Notes: generated from the sequence alone by a model not told the origin. A stretch of 64,000 nucleotides of DNA from Desulfomonilia bacterium (GCA_963664325.2 CAXXDQ010000007.1:128001-192000), one strand, 5' to 3'; counted from the first letter of the stretch, positions 38,842 to 49,066 are shown. A program made the numbers and translations.

Positions 38842-38904
38842 GAAATCTCCTTTCTTCCCATCTGTGTTTTATAGGTTGAGGTCGGCGCGAGCCTCCTCAA
38901 GATC

Positions 38905-38926
38905 AAAATGAATTGATATTCATTTT
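38905..38926. promoter_or_regulatory. Palindromic operator upstream of thiolase
   Basis: Perfect inverted repeat AAAATGAAT-TGAT-ATTCATTTT. Confidence 0.55.
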
Positions 38927-39185
38927 AAAACTTATAGCTTAAATGGTTTTATGGGTAAAGCAATATTTAACCGGTGACAACCCGTTGTCATCTCCATAAG
39001 GCCAGCAAGGGAGCAAGCATAGAGACTGAGTTGAACGTCAGGCTATCCTTTATTAAAAGGTCTTCGACATTTTGAACCGGGCCGGGGAAGGGAGCGGAAA
39101 TTCAATTCACATGAAGAGCATGATAACAAGTTTAATACATTATCTCGGGTTTATCATATCCGTCATGTTTTCCCGCATTGCCTGT

Positions 39186-39272
39186 CTACATATTTATAAG
39201 AAGGAAACCATATTTAAAGGAAACTTCCACGATAAGCTTTGCATACGATCTGAAGTTTATCTTGTTCAACAT
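39186..39272 (-). CDS. Candidate 28-aa small protein MLNKINFRSYAKLIVEVSFKYGFLLINM
   Basis: AAGGAG RBS 6 nt before the ATG in an otherwise empty 630-bp intergenic region. Confidence 0.3.
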   Translation of the reverse strand: MLNKINFRSYAKLIVEVSFKYGFLLINM

Positions 39273-39474
39273 GTTTTACTCCTTTGCCTGTCTGCAGATT
39301 CATGAGCTGGAAATTATTTTTCAAGGAGATTCCTTACCCGCTCTAATATTAATATCGGAATAAAGGCGATTTAGTTTACACTAATAGTTGATATTATCTT
39401 AAAATACAGGCATATCCGGCCGGCAGCATGAACTGCCGGGCGGCTTTTGAGGGGATTACAACAACTGGACTGCC

Positions 39475-41547
39475 TTAATGGACAGGTGAATACATGTTTT
39501 CAATGTCGTTCTTGTACTTTTCATAGACGACACGCCGTTTAACCTTCATTGTCGGGGTCAGTTCGCCTGTTGTCACGTCAAAAGGCTTTTCAAGAATATT
39601 GAAAGTCCTGATCTGTTCGAATCTTGCAAGTTTTGAATTAACGAAATCGATTTCTTTCTGTATCAGCGAAATGATTTCAGGCAGAACTACAAGCTCCGAA
39701 ATGGAATTATATGAAAGGTTCTTGCTTTTCGCGTATTTTTCCAGCTCGTGATAATCAGGAATTATAAGCGCGGAAATAAACTTTCTGTTATCCCCGACGA
39801 GGCAGACCTGCTCGATATAGGGTCTGGCTATGAGAGACACCTCGATCGGGTGAGGGGCAATATTTTTTCCCCCCGTTGTCACGAAGAGCTCTTTCTTCCT
39901 GTCAGTGATCTCAAGGAATCCGTCCGGGTCGAACCTGCCGATATCTCCCGTCTTAAACCATCCGTCATCCGTGAATACCGCTTCAGTCTCTTCAGGCATG
40001 CGCCAGTAGCCCTTGAATATCTGGGGTCCCCTGACAAGGATCTCTCCGTCATCCGCGATCTTTTCTTCCGTATTGACCACGGTCCTGCCGACAGTACCCG
40101 GCTTGACCCTCATCTTGCATACCAGCGTCAGATAGGTAAGCGTGAGCTTCGGCATCAGTGAAATCCTGCCGTACGGTGAGATACCCTGTGACTGGTACAC
40201 GACCATAAGTTCCGTCAGCATACCGACCAGTTTTTTTCTTAGTAATTTCCCCATGGGTGTGGCGGGAGGTTCATCCATGAAGGCAGGCTCGTTGAAGTTT
40301 ATGACCGGGCTTGTTTCTGTCAGGCCGTAGCCTTCATTGAGCTGTATTCCCAGGGAACGGAAGAATGTGCAGACCTCCTTCGACAGTTTGCCGCCGCCCG
40401 AGAGCGCCATCACCAGCCGGTCAAGGCCCATCAGCTCGCGAATTTTATTGAAGACGAGCTTGTTTGACTGAGAGAAGGCGACCATCTGGAAGATGTTCAT
40501 CTTCTTTCCCGTAACCATGCTGTCGCAGTAGAGCTCCCCGCATTTAAGGGCCCAGTCGAACATCAAGCGATAGGGTTTCTTCTGTTTCGCGGCTGCAGAC
40601 CTGACCCTTTCAAAAGATTTTTCAAAAAACATCGGAATAGAGGTTATGACATTCGGCCTTACATCAAGAAGGTCTTCCTGCAGGGTTTTATAGTCCCTGG
40701 CAAAGGTCAGGACGCCGCCAAGGTATAATCCTGAGACATGGTAGTCGCTTGTTCTGGCGTATGAATGGCACAGCGGAAGGTGGACCAGGGATACAAGGTG
40801 CAGTTCCAGCTCCTTCTGGGCCTGCATCATCTCGGAATTCGTGCACTGGTATATATTGGAAACCCAGTTGTCCTGGGTCAGGATGACTCCTTTCGACCGG
40901 CCTGTCGTGCCTGAAGTATATATTATGGATGCTATATCGCCTGGGACGACCCGCTGGATGCTTTCTTCAATCTCTCCGATATCTATTTTATCGCCCAGTG
41001 CGAACACCTCGGCAAATGTATACGAATTGCGCGGCCTTTCTCCGTCCGCGGGTGTCATAAGTATTACAGGCATCTCCCTGTAGGTTCTGCATACGGCATT
41101 GATCTTTTCGAGCTTGTCACGGGTTGAAACAACGGCAAGGCAGGGTTCGCAGTTGTTTATCATATGTTCAAGTTCGTCCATTGAAACGGTCGGGTAGAAA
41201 GGGACCCCGACTGCACCGCATGCCTGGATTGCCTGGTCGGCAATAACCCAGCGGGGCCTGCTCTCTGAAAAGATTACGGCCCTGTCACCCTTATTCAAGC
41301 CCAAGGCCCTTAGTCCCCTGGCAAGTGCCAGGACTTCATTCCTGGCTCCTTCCCAGGTAATTGACGAGTAGGTGTCGGAAGGGTTGCCGTCGGCGTCGAA
41401 TTTACCCCTCAGAAAAACATGCCTATTGCCATAATGCAGTGCCTGGGAATGAAACAATCCGCAAAGAGTATCGTTTCTGTAAGACAATGACGGCCTCCTC
41501 GTTTCGATTATTATTTTAGCATCAGCTTTTTCTGTTCTCTCAGCCAT
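39475..41547 (-). CDS. Long-chain fatty acid--CoA ligase (AMP-binding)
   Basis: YTSGTTGRSKG, EGYGLTE, WFKTGDIG, ITDRKKE, ELTPTMKVKR. Confidence 0.92.
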   Translation of the reverse strand: MAERTEKADAKIIIETRRPSLSYRNDTLCGLFHSQALHYGNRHVFLRGKFDADGNPSDTYSSITWEGARNEVLALARGLRALGLNKGDRAVIFSESRPRWVIADQAIQACGAVGVPFYPTVSMDELEHMINNCEPCLAVVSTRDKLEKINAVCRTYREMPVILMTPADGERPRNSYTFAEVFALGDKIDIGEIEESIQRVVPGDIASIIYTSGTTGRSKGVILTQDNWVSNIYQCTNSEMMQAQKELELHLVSLVHLPLCHSYARTSDYHVSGLYLGGVLTFARDYKTLQEDLLDVRPNVITSIPMFFEKSFERVRSAAAKQKKPYRLMFDWALKCGELYCDSMVTGKKMNIFQMVAFSQSNKLVFNKIRELMGLDRLVMALSGGGKLSKEVCTFFRSLGIQLNEGYGLTETSPVINFNEPAFMDEPPATPMGKLLRKKLVGMLTELMVVYQSQGISPYGRISLMPKLTLTYLTLVCKMRVKPGTVGRTVVNTEEKIADDGEILVRGPQIFKGYWRMPEETEAVFTDDGWFKTGDIGRFDPDGFLEITDRKKELFVTTGGKNIAPHPIEVSLIARPYIEQVCLVGDNRKFISALIIPDYHELEKYAKSKNLSYNSISELVVLPEIISLIQKEIDFVNSKLARFEQIRTFNILEKPFDVTTGELTPTMKVKRRVVYEKYKNDIENMYSPVH

Positions 41548-41568
41548 CCCGGAAAAGGGTTGTTGTCC

Positions 41569-42777
41569 TTATTTTCCCTTCATCAGTTTATTGTATAGAA
41601 TCCTTGAAAATCTCTGGTGGCATCTGTTTTCAGCCATGGCAAACTTGTTCTCGTCGGGATTCATGGCCAGGATTTTTTCCAGTATCCTTATGGCCTCCTC
41701 CTTCTTCCCCTTGTAGGCAAGTACGTCGGCTTTTGCATACGGTATGTAGATATAATCAGGGTACAGAACCTCAGCCACTTCAAGGGATGTCATTTCATTT
41801 GAAAGCGATACGCCGGCAATGCCCATTCCTTTTTCAGCAAGCCATCCCGCATTTGTAATCATGGTCCCGAGTGTCAGGTTGGGTCCGAAATAAAAATACA
41901 GGGCATTCTCATATGAGCAGAAGAGAAGGAGGCCTACAAAGGTTTTCAGATACTTGGCCTGCGTAAAGATGTTTGCGAACTGCAAAGACCTGGCAAGATT
42001 GAGCTGATACCAGTAAGTGGCAGGGACACTGTGCGGCAGCAGCTTTTTGGCCTTGATGCCGTACTGTATGCCTTTTTTATAATAGGGCATTGCCTTTGTA
42101 TCGTGCTGGTTCATGGAAGACCAGTATTCGCCGATATAGTAATTCCCCCTGCATGCCCAGACCTGGGCCATTCCGTCGCCTGGATTTGAAGCGGCCATTT
42201 CATCGAGCATCTTCACCGAAGCAACGGCCTTGTCGATCTCATGCCGCTCCTTCCAGAGCTCATAGAATTTTTCCCATCCAGGTTGGCCGGTCATCGGCGG
42301 CAGAGCCTCTCCGACAGGAAGAGGGGCCACGGATTTTATCCATTGTCCGTATTTTGCGGTTATCTCTTTATAGCTGTAAAGGTTGGGAACCGCATCGATT
42401 AAAAGCTTGAATGCGACGAGGTCGTTCCTGTCTATCTCATGCGCCTTGACGGCGTATTTTTCGGAAAGCCTGTAATCGGCATTCTTGTTTGTGCGCTTTC
42501 CCTTAAGACAGTATACCTTTGAAAGCCAGAGATTGACCTCAAGATCGTCCGGTTTTTTTTGTTCAATGCCCTTCAGGCATGCAATAATCTGATCGATATT
42601 TTTTCCGCTGTAGTGCTTATCCCAGAGTGTCCTGAATGTCGCCCATCCGGGGTCGTTATTCGGAATCGGTACGTCCATATCCCATACACCCGCATAGGAG
42701 ACTGGTGATAGGCAGATAAACATGACAAAGAATATAACGGTTGTTTTCAACAGTACAGATGCTGAAATAAACTTCAT
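41569..42777 (-). CDS. Exported TPR-like helical protein with internal duplication (TatT/TRAP-T-like, tentative)
   Basis: Signal peptide; duplicated PGW..F..LW.... module; TPR-like helices; RBS GAGGAGG before ATG 42777. Confidence 0.5.
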   Translation of the reverse strand: MKFISASVLLKTTVIFFVMFICLSPVSYAGVWDMDVPIPNNDPGWATFRTLWDKHYSGKNIDQIIACLKGIEQKKPDDLEVNLWLSKVYCLKGKRTNKNADYRLSEKYAVKAHEIDRNDLVAFKLLIDAVPNLYSYKEITAKYGQWIKSVAPLPVGEALPPMTGQPGWEKFYELWKERHEIDKAVASVKMLDEMAASNPGDGMAQVWACRGNYYIGEYWSSMNQHDTKAMPYYKKGIQYGIKAKKLLPHSVPATYWYQLNLARSLQFANIFTQAKYLKTFVGLLLFCSYENALYFYFGPNLTLGTMITNAGWLAEKGMGIAGVSLSNEMTSLEVAEVLYPDYIYIPYAKADVLAYKGKKEEAIRILEKILAMNPDENKFAMAENRCHQRFSRILYNKLMKGK

Positions 42778-42986
42778 AAACAAAATACCTCCTCGATATT
42801 TAAAAGACCTTTTACAGGCCTGATGGTATATCAATGAAGATCGCTCTTTATCAAATAATAAATAGTTGAAGAATTTCGTCAAGCATGTAATCGTAAAAAA
42901 ACACAATTTTATTAATACATTACAGCAAATATTGATTAACAAAATTTACATTGATTGTAATAACGCAGTCAAGTCGGAGGTAACTA

Positions 42987-44192
42987 ATGAGTGTTCTTGA
43001 AGGAATCAGGGTGATAGAACTTGCACAGTTCATATCAGGTTCGCGCTGCACCCAGCTGCTTGCAGATATGGGTGCGGAAGTTGTCCATGTCGAACCGCCG
43101 GAAGGTCAGACTCTGAGGATCATATTCAGCCTGGTGCCCGGAGCGGAAAGGGGCTTCTCCGTGTTCAACAGGAACAAGTACGGACTGGCAGTCGATTTCA
43201 GAAAACCTGAAGGCAGGGATATAATCAGACGGCTTGCCTCGATATCGGATGTGTTCGTCCATAACCACATACCCGGCTCGCTTGAGAAATACGGGCTTGG
43301 ATATGAAGACCTGAAAAAGATAAGGGAAGATATAATTCATATATCCATTTCAGGATTCGGCGAGACAGGGGTATGCCCTGAAAGGGCCTCTTTTGACATC
43401 ATAACCCAGGCCACATCCGGACATTTCTGGAACGACCAGAAAGGCCTCAGGACACCGACCAATTACTGGGCAGACCTTACAGCAGGCGCCTATGCCGCCA
43501 ATGCCGTGCTGCTGGCTTTGATTCACCGCATGAAGACAAAAAACGGACAGCATATTGATATGTCGATGCAGGACGTGCTTTATTTCTCAAATTACAGGGC
43601 CATGCTCGACAGGGCTATAGGACCGTCAATTGATGATGCAAGCAGAACGCTCGGCAGGATGCCCAAGGATGTCCTTAATTCCGATGACCGCATGCCTTTT
43701 TATGGCTTTTTCAGGACTTCGGACGGAAAGGTTGCAATAGTGTCCATAACATCGAGACAGTGGAATGACCTGGCGGAAATCGTGGGCAGGCCTGAGCTGA
43801 AGAATGACCCGGAATACAACAACCTGATTTCCCAGATACATAATCACGATGAAGCGGTTGCAATGATCGAAGGATGGACCATTCAGCATACTTCAGCGGA
43901 CGTCGTTGCCGCGCTTGAAAAGAGAAAAGTACCCTGCGGCATGGCATATACTTCCGAGCAGGTGAACCGGGACGAAAACCTGAAGTCACGCGGGATGCTG
44001 GCCTCAATAGCCCATCAGGATTTCGGTGAAGTCGACATACCGGGCATACCCTATAAATTTTCGAATATCTCCGGTTCCCTCAGGATGCCGGGACCGGGCC
44101 TCGGTGAACATAATCACCTGATATTAAAAGACTGGCTGGGCTATTCAGAGGAGGAACTGGAAGAACTCAGGAAAAAGACGATAATAAAATGA
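42987..44192 (+). CDS. Family III CoA-transferase (CaiB/BaiF)
   Basis: LEGIRVIEL, LADMGAEV, NRNK, GLGYEDL, SISGFG, GQHIDMSM, PGLGEHN. Confidence 0.93.
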   Translation: MSVLEGIRVIELAQFISGSRCTQLLADMGAEVVHVEPPEGQTLRIIFSLVPGAERGFSVFNRNKYGLAVDFRKPEGRDIIRRLASISDVFVHNHIPGSLEKYGLGYEDLKKIREDIIHISISGFGETGVCPERASFDIITQATSGHFWNDQKGLRTPTNYWADLTAGAYAANAVLLALIHRMKTKNGQHIDMSMQDVLYFSNYRAMLDRAIGPSIDDASRTLGRMPKDVLNSDDRMPFYGFFRTSDGKVAIVSITSRQWNDLAEIVGRPELKNDPEYNNLISQIHNHDEAVAMIEGWTIQHTSADVVAALEKRKVPCGMAYTSEQVNRDENLKSRGMLASIAHQDFGEVDIPGIPYKFSNISGSLRMPGPGLGEHNHLILKDWLGYSEEELEELRKKTIIK

Positions 44193-44196
44193 TACA

Positions 44197-44766
44197 TCAG
44201 TTATCGAGAACATAATGGAAACCGACTTCTATCTTGATACTGTCATCACGGGGCTCGAACGGACTTGCGTCGAGCACGGCCTTTGACGACACATGATCAA
44301 GAATTTTATAGCCCGAGCTTTTTGTCACTTTTAGGGAAGAGACATTGCCTGAACTGTCTATAATGAATGTTACCTGTACATATCCCTGCACGCCTTCATC
44401 TATGGCTTCCCGGGGATAACTGTAGTTGACCAGTATTTTCCCTTTGACCCTGCCGTAATAGCTGAAGTCGGCTTTGTTGCTGAGCTCAACCGGAACCCCG
44501 TTTACTTTGTCCGTCTTCTCATCCGGATATTCGGAATTGTCCGGTTTCTTCTGAACTTCCTTGGTTTTCTGATAGCTGATGTCAAAATCGGGCTGAGTTG
44601 TTTTTTCTGTTTTGAGCGGTTTTGTGTCAGATGGAGAATCGACCAGGGCCACTTTAATTACCTGGGGGATTTTATACAGTCCGTGATTCGCCATGAGCTC
44701 GAATGGAATAACGGCTGCGATATGCAGGAGTATGGACAGGGCAAGACATGCATAGAACCTTTTCAT
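44197..44766 (-). CDS. TonB-family energy transducer
   Basis: N-terminal TM with S..LH; C-terminal YPREA...G.QG.V.V.F.I...G......V..SSG...LD. Confidence 0.85.
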   Translation of the reverse strand: MKRFYACLALSILLHIAAVIPFELMANHGLYKIPQVIKVALVDSPSDTKPLKTEKTTQPDFDISYQKTKEVQKKPDNSEYPDEKTDKVNGVPVELSNKADFSYYGRVKGKILVNYSYPREAIDEGVQGYVQVTFIIDSSGNVSSLKVTKSSGYKILDHVSSKAVLDASPFEPRDDSIKIEVGFHYVLDN

Positions 44767-44887
44767 ATATTTTCAATTTACTGTTACGTCATTTCAGAGT
44801 CAAGGAGTGTTAATGAGATTTTGACTGCCGGATGGACCCGATCCCGCGAGGGCCGTGAACTTGCCTTTCGGCGGTTTGTTTGCTGTC

Positions 44888-46873
44888 CTAGTTTAGAGCT
44901 TTTGCAACGATTTCGGCAATATCCATGACAGCAACCTTTTCAGCCTTCATATCCTTGATGCCGTCATCGAACATGGTCATGCAGTAAGGGCAGGTTACGC
45001 AAAGAGTGTCGGGGTGATATGAAAGGGCCTCGGCCACACGGTTAAGATTGATGCGTGTTCCCAGGTGCTCTTCCATCCACATCCGTCCTCCGCCTGCACC
45101 GCAGCAGAAGGATTTCTCGTGGTTGCGTTCCATTTCAACGGGTTTTCTCCCGGTGACACTGCCGATGACCCTGCGCGGCGGATCATATATGTTGTTATGA
45201 CGGCCGAGATAGCAGGAATCATGGAATATAACCCTGCCCATATCCACCGGTGTTTTGAGCTTCAGCCTGCCCGCTGCAATCAGCTCATTTATAAAATCGG
45301 AATGATGAACAACTTCAGCGTCCATACCGTACTGCCTGTAATCGTTATTGAGCGTCGAATAACAGTGCGGGCACATGGTTATGATTTTCTTTACACCTTT
45401 TTCAGAGAAGAGCTTGACATTGCGCTTTGCCATAACATCGAAGACATACTCGTTGCCAAGCCTGCGGAGGCTGTCACCGCAGCATGCCTCATCCCTGCCG
45501 AGTATGCCGTATGAAACACCTGCCGCATCCAGTATACTGGCCATCGCAATGCTGACCTGCTTGCTCCGGGAATCGAACGCCCCTGCGCATCCCACATAAA
45601 AGAGGTATTCCATGGAACTCTCAAAGGTCTTGACATCAACCTGTGAACACCATTTTGTCCTTTCGGTCGGGGCTATTCCCCACGGATTGCTTCTCTGTTC
45701 CATGTTCTCGAACAGGTTGAGGAGCTCTTCGGGAAACTGCGATTTCATCTCCACGAGATTGCGCCTTAACAGAAGGATCTTGGGCATCTGCTCGATGAAC
45801 ACGGGACAGACCTCCATGCATGCCCCGCAGGATGTGCATGACCATATCTGGTCCTCGCTTATGCAGCCTTCGCCTGCGTCACCGATAAGCGGAAGCTGGG
45901 GCTTTCCGCCTGCCTTGATGGGCGGGCCGTTAACCAGAAGGTTTACCTTGAGGTCATGAATGACCTGCCTGGGGTTTAACGGTTTGCCGGTAACGGATGC
46001 CGGGCATGCCATCTGGCACCGGCCGCATTCGGTGCAGGAGTATGAGTCGAAAAGGTCTTTCCATGTAAAATCTTCAAGGGTTTCGGCTCCGAACCTTCCA
46101 CCTTTCACAAAAGTCTCCAGCGGCAGGGTATTGGCCTTTTCAAAGCGCCTTAAATAGCAGTTCGGAATGGAAGACAGGATGTGCATATGTTTGCTGTATG
46201 GCAGATAGTTTAGGAAAAAGAGGAATATTAATGCATGAAGCCACCACCAGAATTCTATTAACCGGTGTGCCTTTTCAGGGCTTATATTAAAATAAAACAT
46301 GGAACAGACTGCATGCGAGACAGGCATCAAGGCTTTTTCTTCGCCGACTGCAATCTCGAGGCCGTGTAGGTTGAAATAGGCAATCATAAGGCCTGCTATC
46401 AGGGACAGGATTATGTAGGCGTCGAAGGTCATGGAACCGGGGTAGGGCGGCGCTATCGCCCGCCTGATGCCGGCAATGATTACACAAGCAAACGCCAGCA
46501 GCGAGAATAGATCGAAGATGAAATATAAGGGGTTGCTGATTACTGCCGGCAACATCCTGAAGCTGACGGCCGGAAAGAGTCCTCTCAGTACGAATTCGGC
46601 ATTTGCGAGCAAGAGGACCATGAATGACCAGAACAATATGAAATGATTGAGCCCGAACGGTTTCTGCAGCACCCTTTTCTGGGCAAACGCATATATGAAT
46701 GTATCCCTGAGCCTGATTCCGGGCCTGTTGAAACGGTTTTCAGGCCGGCCGATGGATATCAGCCCGAAACGGCGGAAACAGCTCCACAGGAATACAAGCA
46801 TGGCAGCCAGAAAAACGAAAGCAAATATGACTGGCTTAGTTATCATTTTTTCAATAATCATTATATCTGACAT
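44888..46873 (-). CDS. Membrane-bound (Fe-S) oxidoreductase, DUF224/HdrD-like (ETF:quinone oxidoreductase type)
   Basis: N-terminal TM/cytochrome b region with His (H..I.W, YSKHMH), two CxxCxxCxxxCP clusters, two CCG domains. Confidence 0.88.
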   Translation of the reverse strand: MSDIMIIEKMITKPVIFAFVFLAAMLVFLWSCFRRFGLISIGRPENRFNRPGIRLRDTFIYAFAQKRVLQKPFGLNHFILFWSFMVLLLANAEFVLRGLFPAVSFRMLPAVISNPLYFIFDLFSLLAFACVIIAGIRRAIAPPYPGSMTFDAYIILSLIAGLMIAYFNLHGLEIAVGEEKALMPVSHAVCSMFYFNISPEKAHRLIEFWWWLHALIFLFFLNYLPYSKHMHILSSIPNCYLRRFEKANTLPLETFVKGGRFGAETLEDFTWKDLFDSYSCTECGRCQMACPASVTGKPLNPRQVIHDLKVNLLVNGPPIKAGGKPQLPLIGDAGEGCISEDQIWSCTSCGACMEVCPVFIEQMPKILLLRRNLVEMKSQFPEELLNLFENMEQRSNPWGIAPTERTKWCSQVDVKTFESSMEYLFYVGCAGAFDSRSKQVSIAMASILDAAGVSYGILGRDEACCGDSLRRLGNEYVFDVMAKRNVKLFSEKGVKKIITMCPHCYSTLNNDYRQYGMDAEVVHHSDFINELIAAGRLKLKTPVDMGRVIFHDSCYLGRHNNIYDPPRRVIGSVTGRKPVEMERNHEKSFCCGAGGGRMWMEEHLGTRINLNRVAEALSYHPDTLCVTCPYCMTMFDDGIKDMKAEKVAVMDIAEIVAKALN

Positions 46874-48210
46874 GCCCTCGCCATCCCCCTGGCAGCCTTC
46901 AACTGCCGAATATGCTCGGTTATCGCGGGTACGATCTGGAACAGATCGCCGACGATTCCGTATGTTGCCACCTCGAATATCGAAGCTTCACGGTCGCGGT
47001 TGATGGCAATTATCAGGTCGGAATCCTGCATGCCTACAAGGTGCTGGATTGCGCCGCTGATGCCGCAGGCGATATATATCTTTGGACGTACAGTCTTGCC
47101 TGTCTGCCCGACTTGACGCTCTACCGGCATCCATCCGGCATCAACCGCGCTTCTTGAACAGGCCACGACGCCGTTCAGTTCCGTGGCCAGTTCCTGGAGT
47201 ATTTTGAAATTTTCAGCAGCCATCATGCCGCGGCCCCCCGATACGATGAATTCCGCACCCGAGATGTCTATGTTCTCCTTGTTTGATGCATCGGTTATGA
47301 CCTCAAGAACCTTTGAAAAGACATCTTCTTCCCTGATTGAAATATTCTCGCGGACTATTTCTCCCGAGGCATCATCAACTCTTGCCGGCATCGGCATGAC
47401 ATGAGGGCGCACCGAGGCCATCTGCGGACGGCGCTGTTCGCATAAGATAGTCGCCATTATGTTTCCGCCGAATGCGGGACGGGTCTGAAGAAGCTGTCTT
47501 TTCTCATCTATGCCGAGGCCTGTACAGTCTGCGGTGAGGCCCGTTTTAAGACGTGTTGCAACCGCGCCGGCAAGATCTCTGCCCAGTCCCGTTGCGCCCA
47601 TAAGTATGACTTCCGGCCTGTACTTATCTGCAAGTGATGTGAATGCCTCAAGGTATGTAGCCGTACGGTAGTCATGAAGAATGGCGTTATCAATCAGATA
47701 AACCTTGGAAGCCCCGTAAGTGAATGCTTCATGACAGATATTCTCCACATTATGACCGATTACAACGGCGCAAAGCTCTACCTTAAGCGACGACGCAAGC
47801 TGTGAACCCACACCCAGAAGTTCCCAGGACACCTTTGCAGGAATACAGTCCGTCTGCTCGACAAAGACCCATACGCCCCGGTAGCGCGCAAGAAATTTGT
47901 TAAGCCTGTCTTCTTCGGTTTCCTCTGCAAATTCAGGCGTTGTCCGGGGTTTCTCATTGGCGAACTGTTTGAGAGTTTCAAGCTCCTCGGGTGTGAAGTA
48001 CAACTCAAGGGCTTCCGCCGGACAGATCTTTATACATTTCTGGCAGCCGATGCATTTTTCTGCGTTGATCAGAGGCTCACCTTTGGCATCCATGACGATA
48101 GCATCCGTAGGACAGGAACTTTCGCAACGGCCGCCGCAGGCGATGCATTTATTGGGGAGAAGGATTACCCCGCCCCTTGGTTTTTTTAATTTTTTCGGTT
48201 TTTCATCCAT
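46861..48210 (-). CDS. etfA: Electron transfer flavoprotein alpha subunit with N-terminal 2x[4Fe-4S] ferredoxin domain
   Basis: CIACGGRC...CP and CIGCQKC...CP, then TGLTADCT, QVGQTGK, GISGAIQH. Confidence 0.93.
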   Translation of the reverse strand: MDEKPKKLKKPRGGVILLPNKCIACGGRCESSCPTDAIVMDAKGEPLINAEKCIGCQKCIKICPAEALELYFTPEELETLKQFANEKPRTTPEFAEETEEDRLNKFLARYRGVWVFVEQTDCIPAKVSWELLGVGSQLASSLKVELCAVVIGHNVENICHEAFTYGASKVYLIDNAILHDYRTATYLEAFTSLADKYRPEVILMGATGLGRDLAGAVATRLKTGLTADCTGLGIDEKRQLLQTRPAFGGNIMATILCEQRRPQMASVRPHVMPMPARVDDASGEIVRENISIREEDVFSKVLEVITDASNKENIDISGAEFIVSGGRGMMAAENFKILQELATELNGVVACSRSAVDAGWMPVERQVGQTGKTVRPKIYIACGISGAIQHLVGMQDSDLIIAINRDREASIFEVATYGIVGDLFQIVPAITEHIRQLKAARGMARACQI

Positions 48211-48253
48211 CCCTGATTCATCTCATCAGCCATATTCGCTAACCGTCTCAACA

Positions 48254-49066
48254 TCACAAGGTAAGCAGCTCTTTCTGGACAAGCCTTTCAACCAGTATCT
48301 TTGCAGCACCTTCCGGGTCATTGGCACCGTCACCGAGTATCTCGCCCTGTTCACGCTCAGGTGAAAAGATCCTTCTTACCGTCGTGGGTGAACCTTTCAA
48401 TCCGATCAGGCCGGCATCAAGGTTCATTTCCGAGTTGTCCCAGGTGGCAACAGGAAGGTCCATGGCTTCAAGCCGCCCGGGCACAGTCGGATAGCGCGGT
48501 TTGTTGATCTCCCTGACAAGGGTCAGAAGCGCTGGCAGCCTGGATTCCACAATTTCGTGACGGCCTTCGAGCTTTCTGCGTACAATGATCCTCCTGTTTT
48601 TCAGATCCAGTTCTTCAATACGGTCAACCAGGGTCAGGGGAACAAGGTCGAGCCGGATCGCAATGCCGGGTCCAACCTGGGCTGTATCTCCGTCGATGGT
48701 CTGCTTGCCGCAAACAACAAGGACAAGCTCATCCTTCAGGGCAAGCTTCCTGATTGCTTCTGAAAGTACCATGCTGGTGGCCAGCGTATCGGCCCCGCCG
48801 AAAGCGCGGTCCGATAAGAGGACTGCTTCATCTGCACCCAGTGACAGAGCCTTGCGGAGCGTCATTTCGGCATTCGGCGGTCCCATTGAAATTGCGGCAA
48901 CACGAATACCGAACCGGTCCTTCAGACGCAGCGACTCTTCAAGCGCGTGAGTGTCAAAAGGATTCATGATGAAGGGGATGCCTTCACGGATAAGAGTGTT
49001 TGTAACCGGGTCTATCTTTACCTGGGTCGTGTCGGGCACCTGTTTTACGCATGCGACTACCAGCAT
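48254..49066 (-). CDS. etfB: Electron transfer flavoprotein beta subunit
   Basis: CVKQVPDT, SMGPP, GADTLAT, CGKQTIDGDTAQVGPG, GLKGSPT. Confidence 0.95.
   Translation of the reverse strand: MLVVACVKQVPDTTQVKIDPVTNTLIREGIPFIMNPFDTHALEESLRLKDRFGIRVAAISMGPPNAEMTLRKALSLGADEAVLLSDRAFGGADTLATSMVLSEAIRKLALKDELVLVVCGKQTIDGDTAQVGPGIAIRLDLVPLTLVDRIEELDLKNRRIIVRRKLEGRHEIVESRLPALLTLVREINKPRYPTVPGRLEAMDLPVATWDNSEMNLDAGLIGLKGSPTTVRRIFSPEREQGEILGDGANDPEGAAKILVERLVQKELLTL

Noticed and set aside
39072-39363. Plus-strand 77-aa and 61-aa ORFs in the thiolase-ligase spacer
   Set aside because: No RBS, non-ATG starts and no motifs
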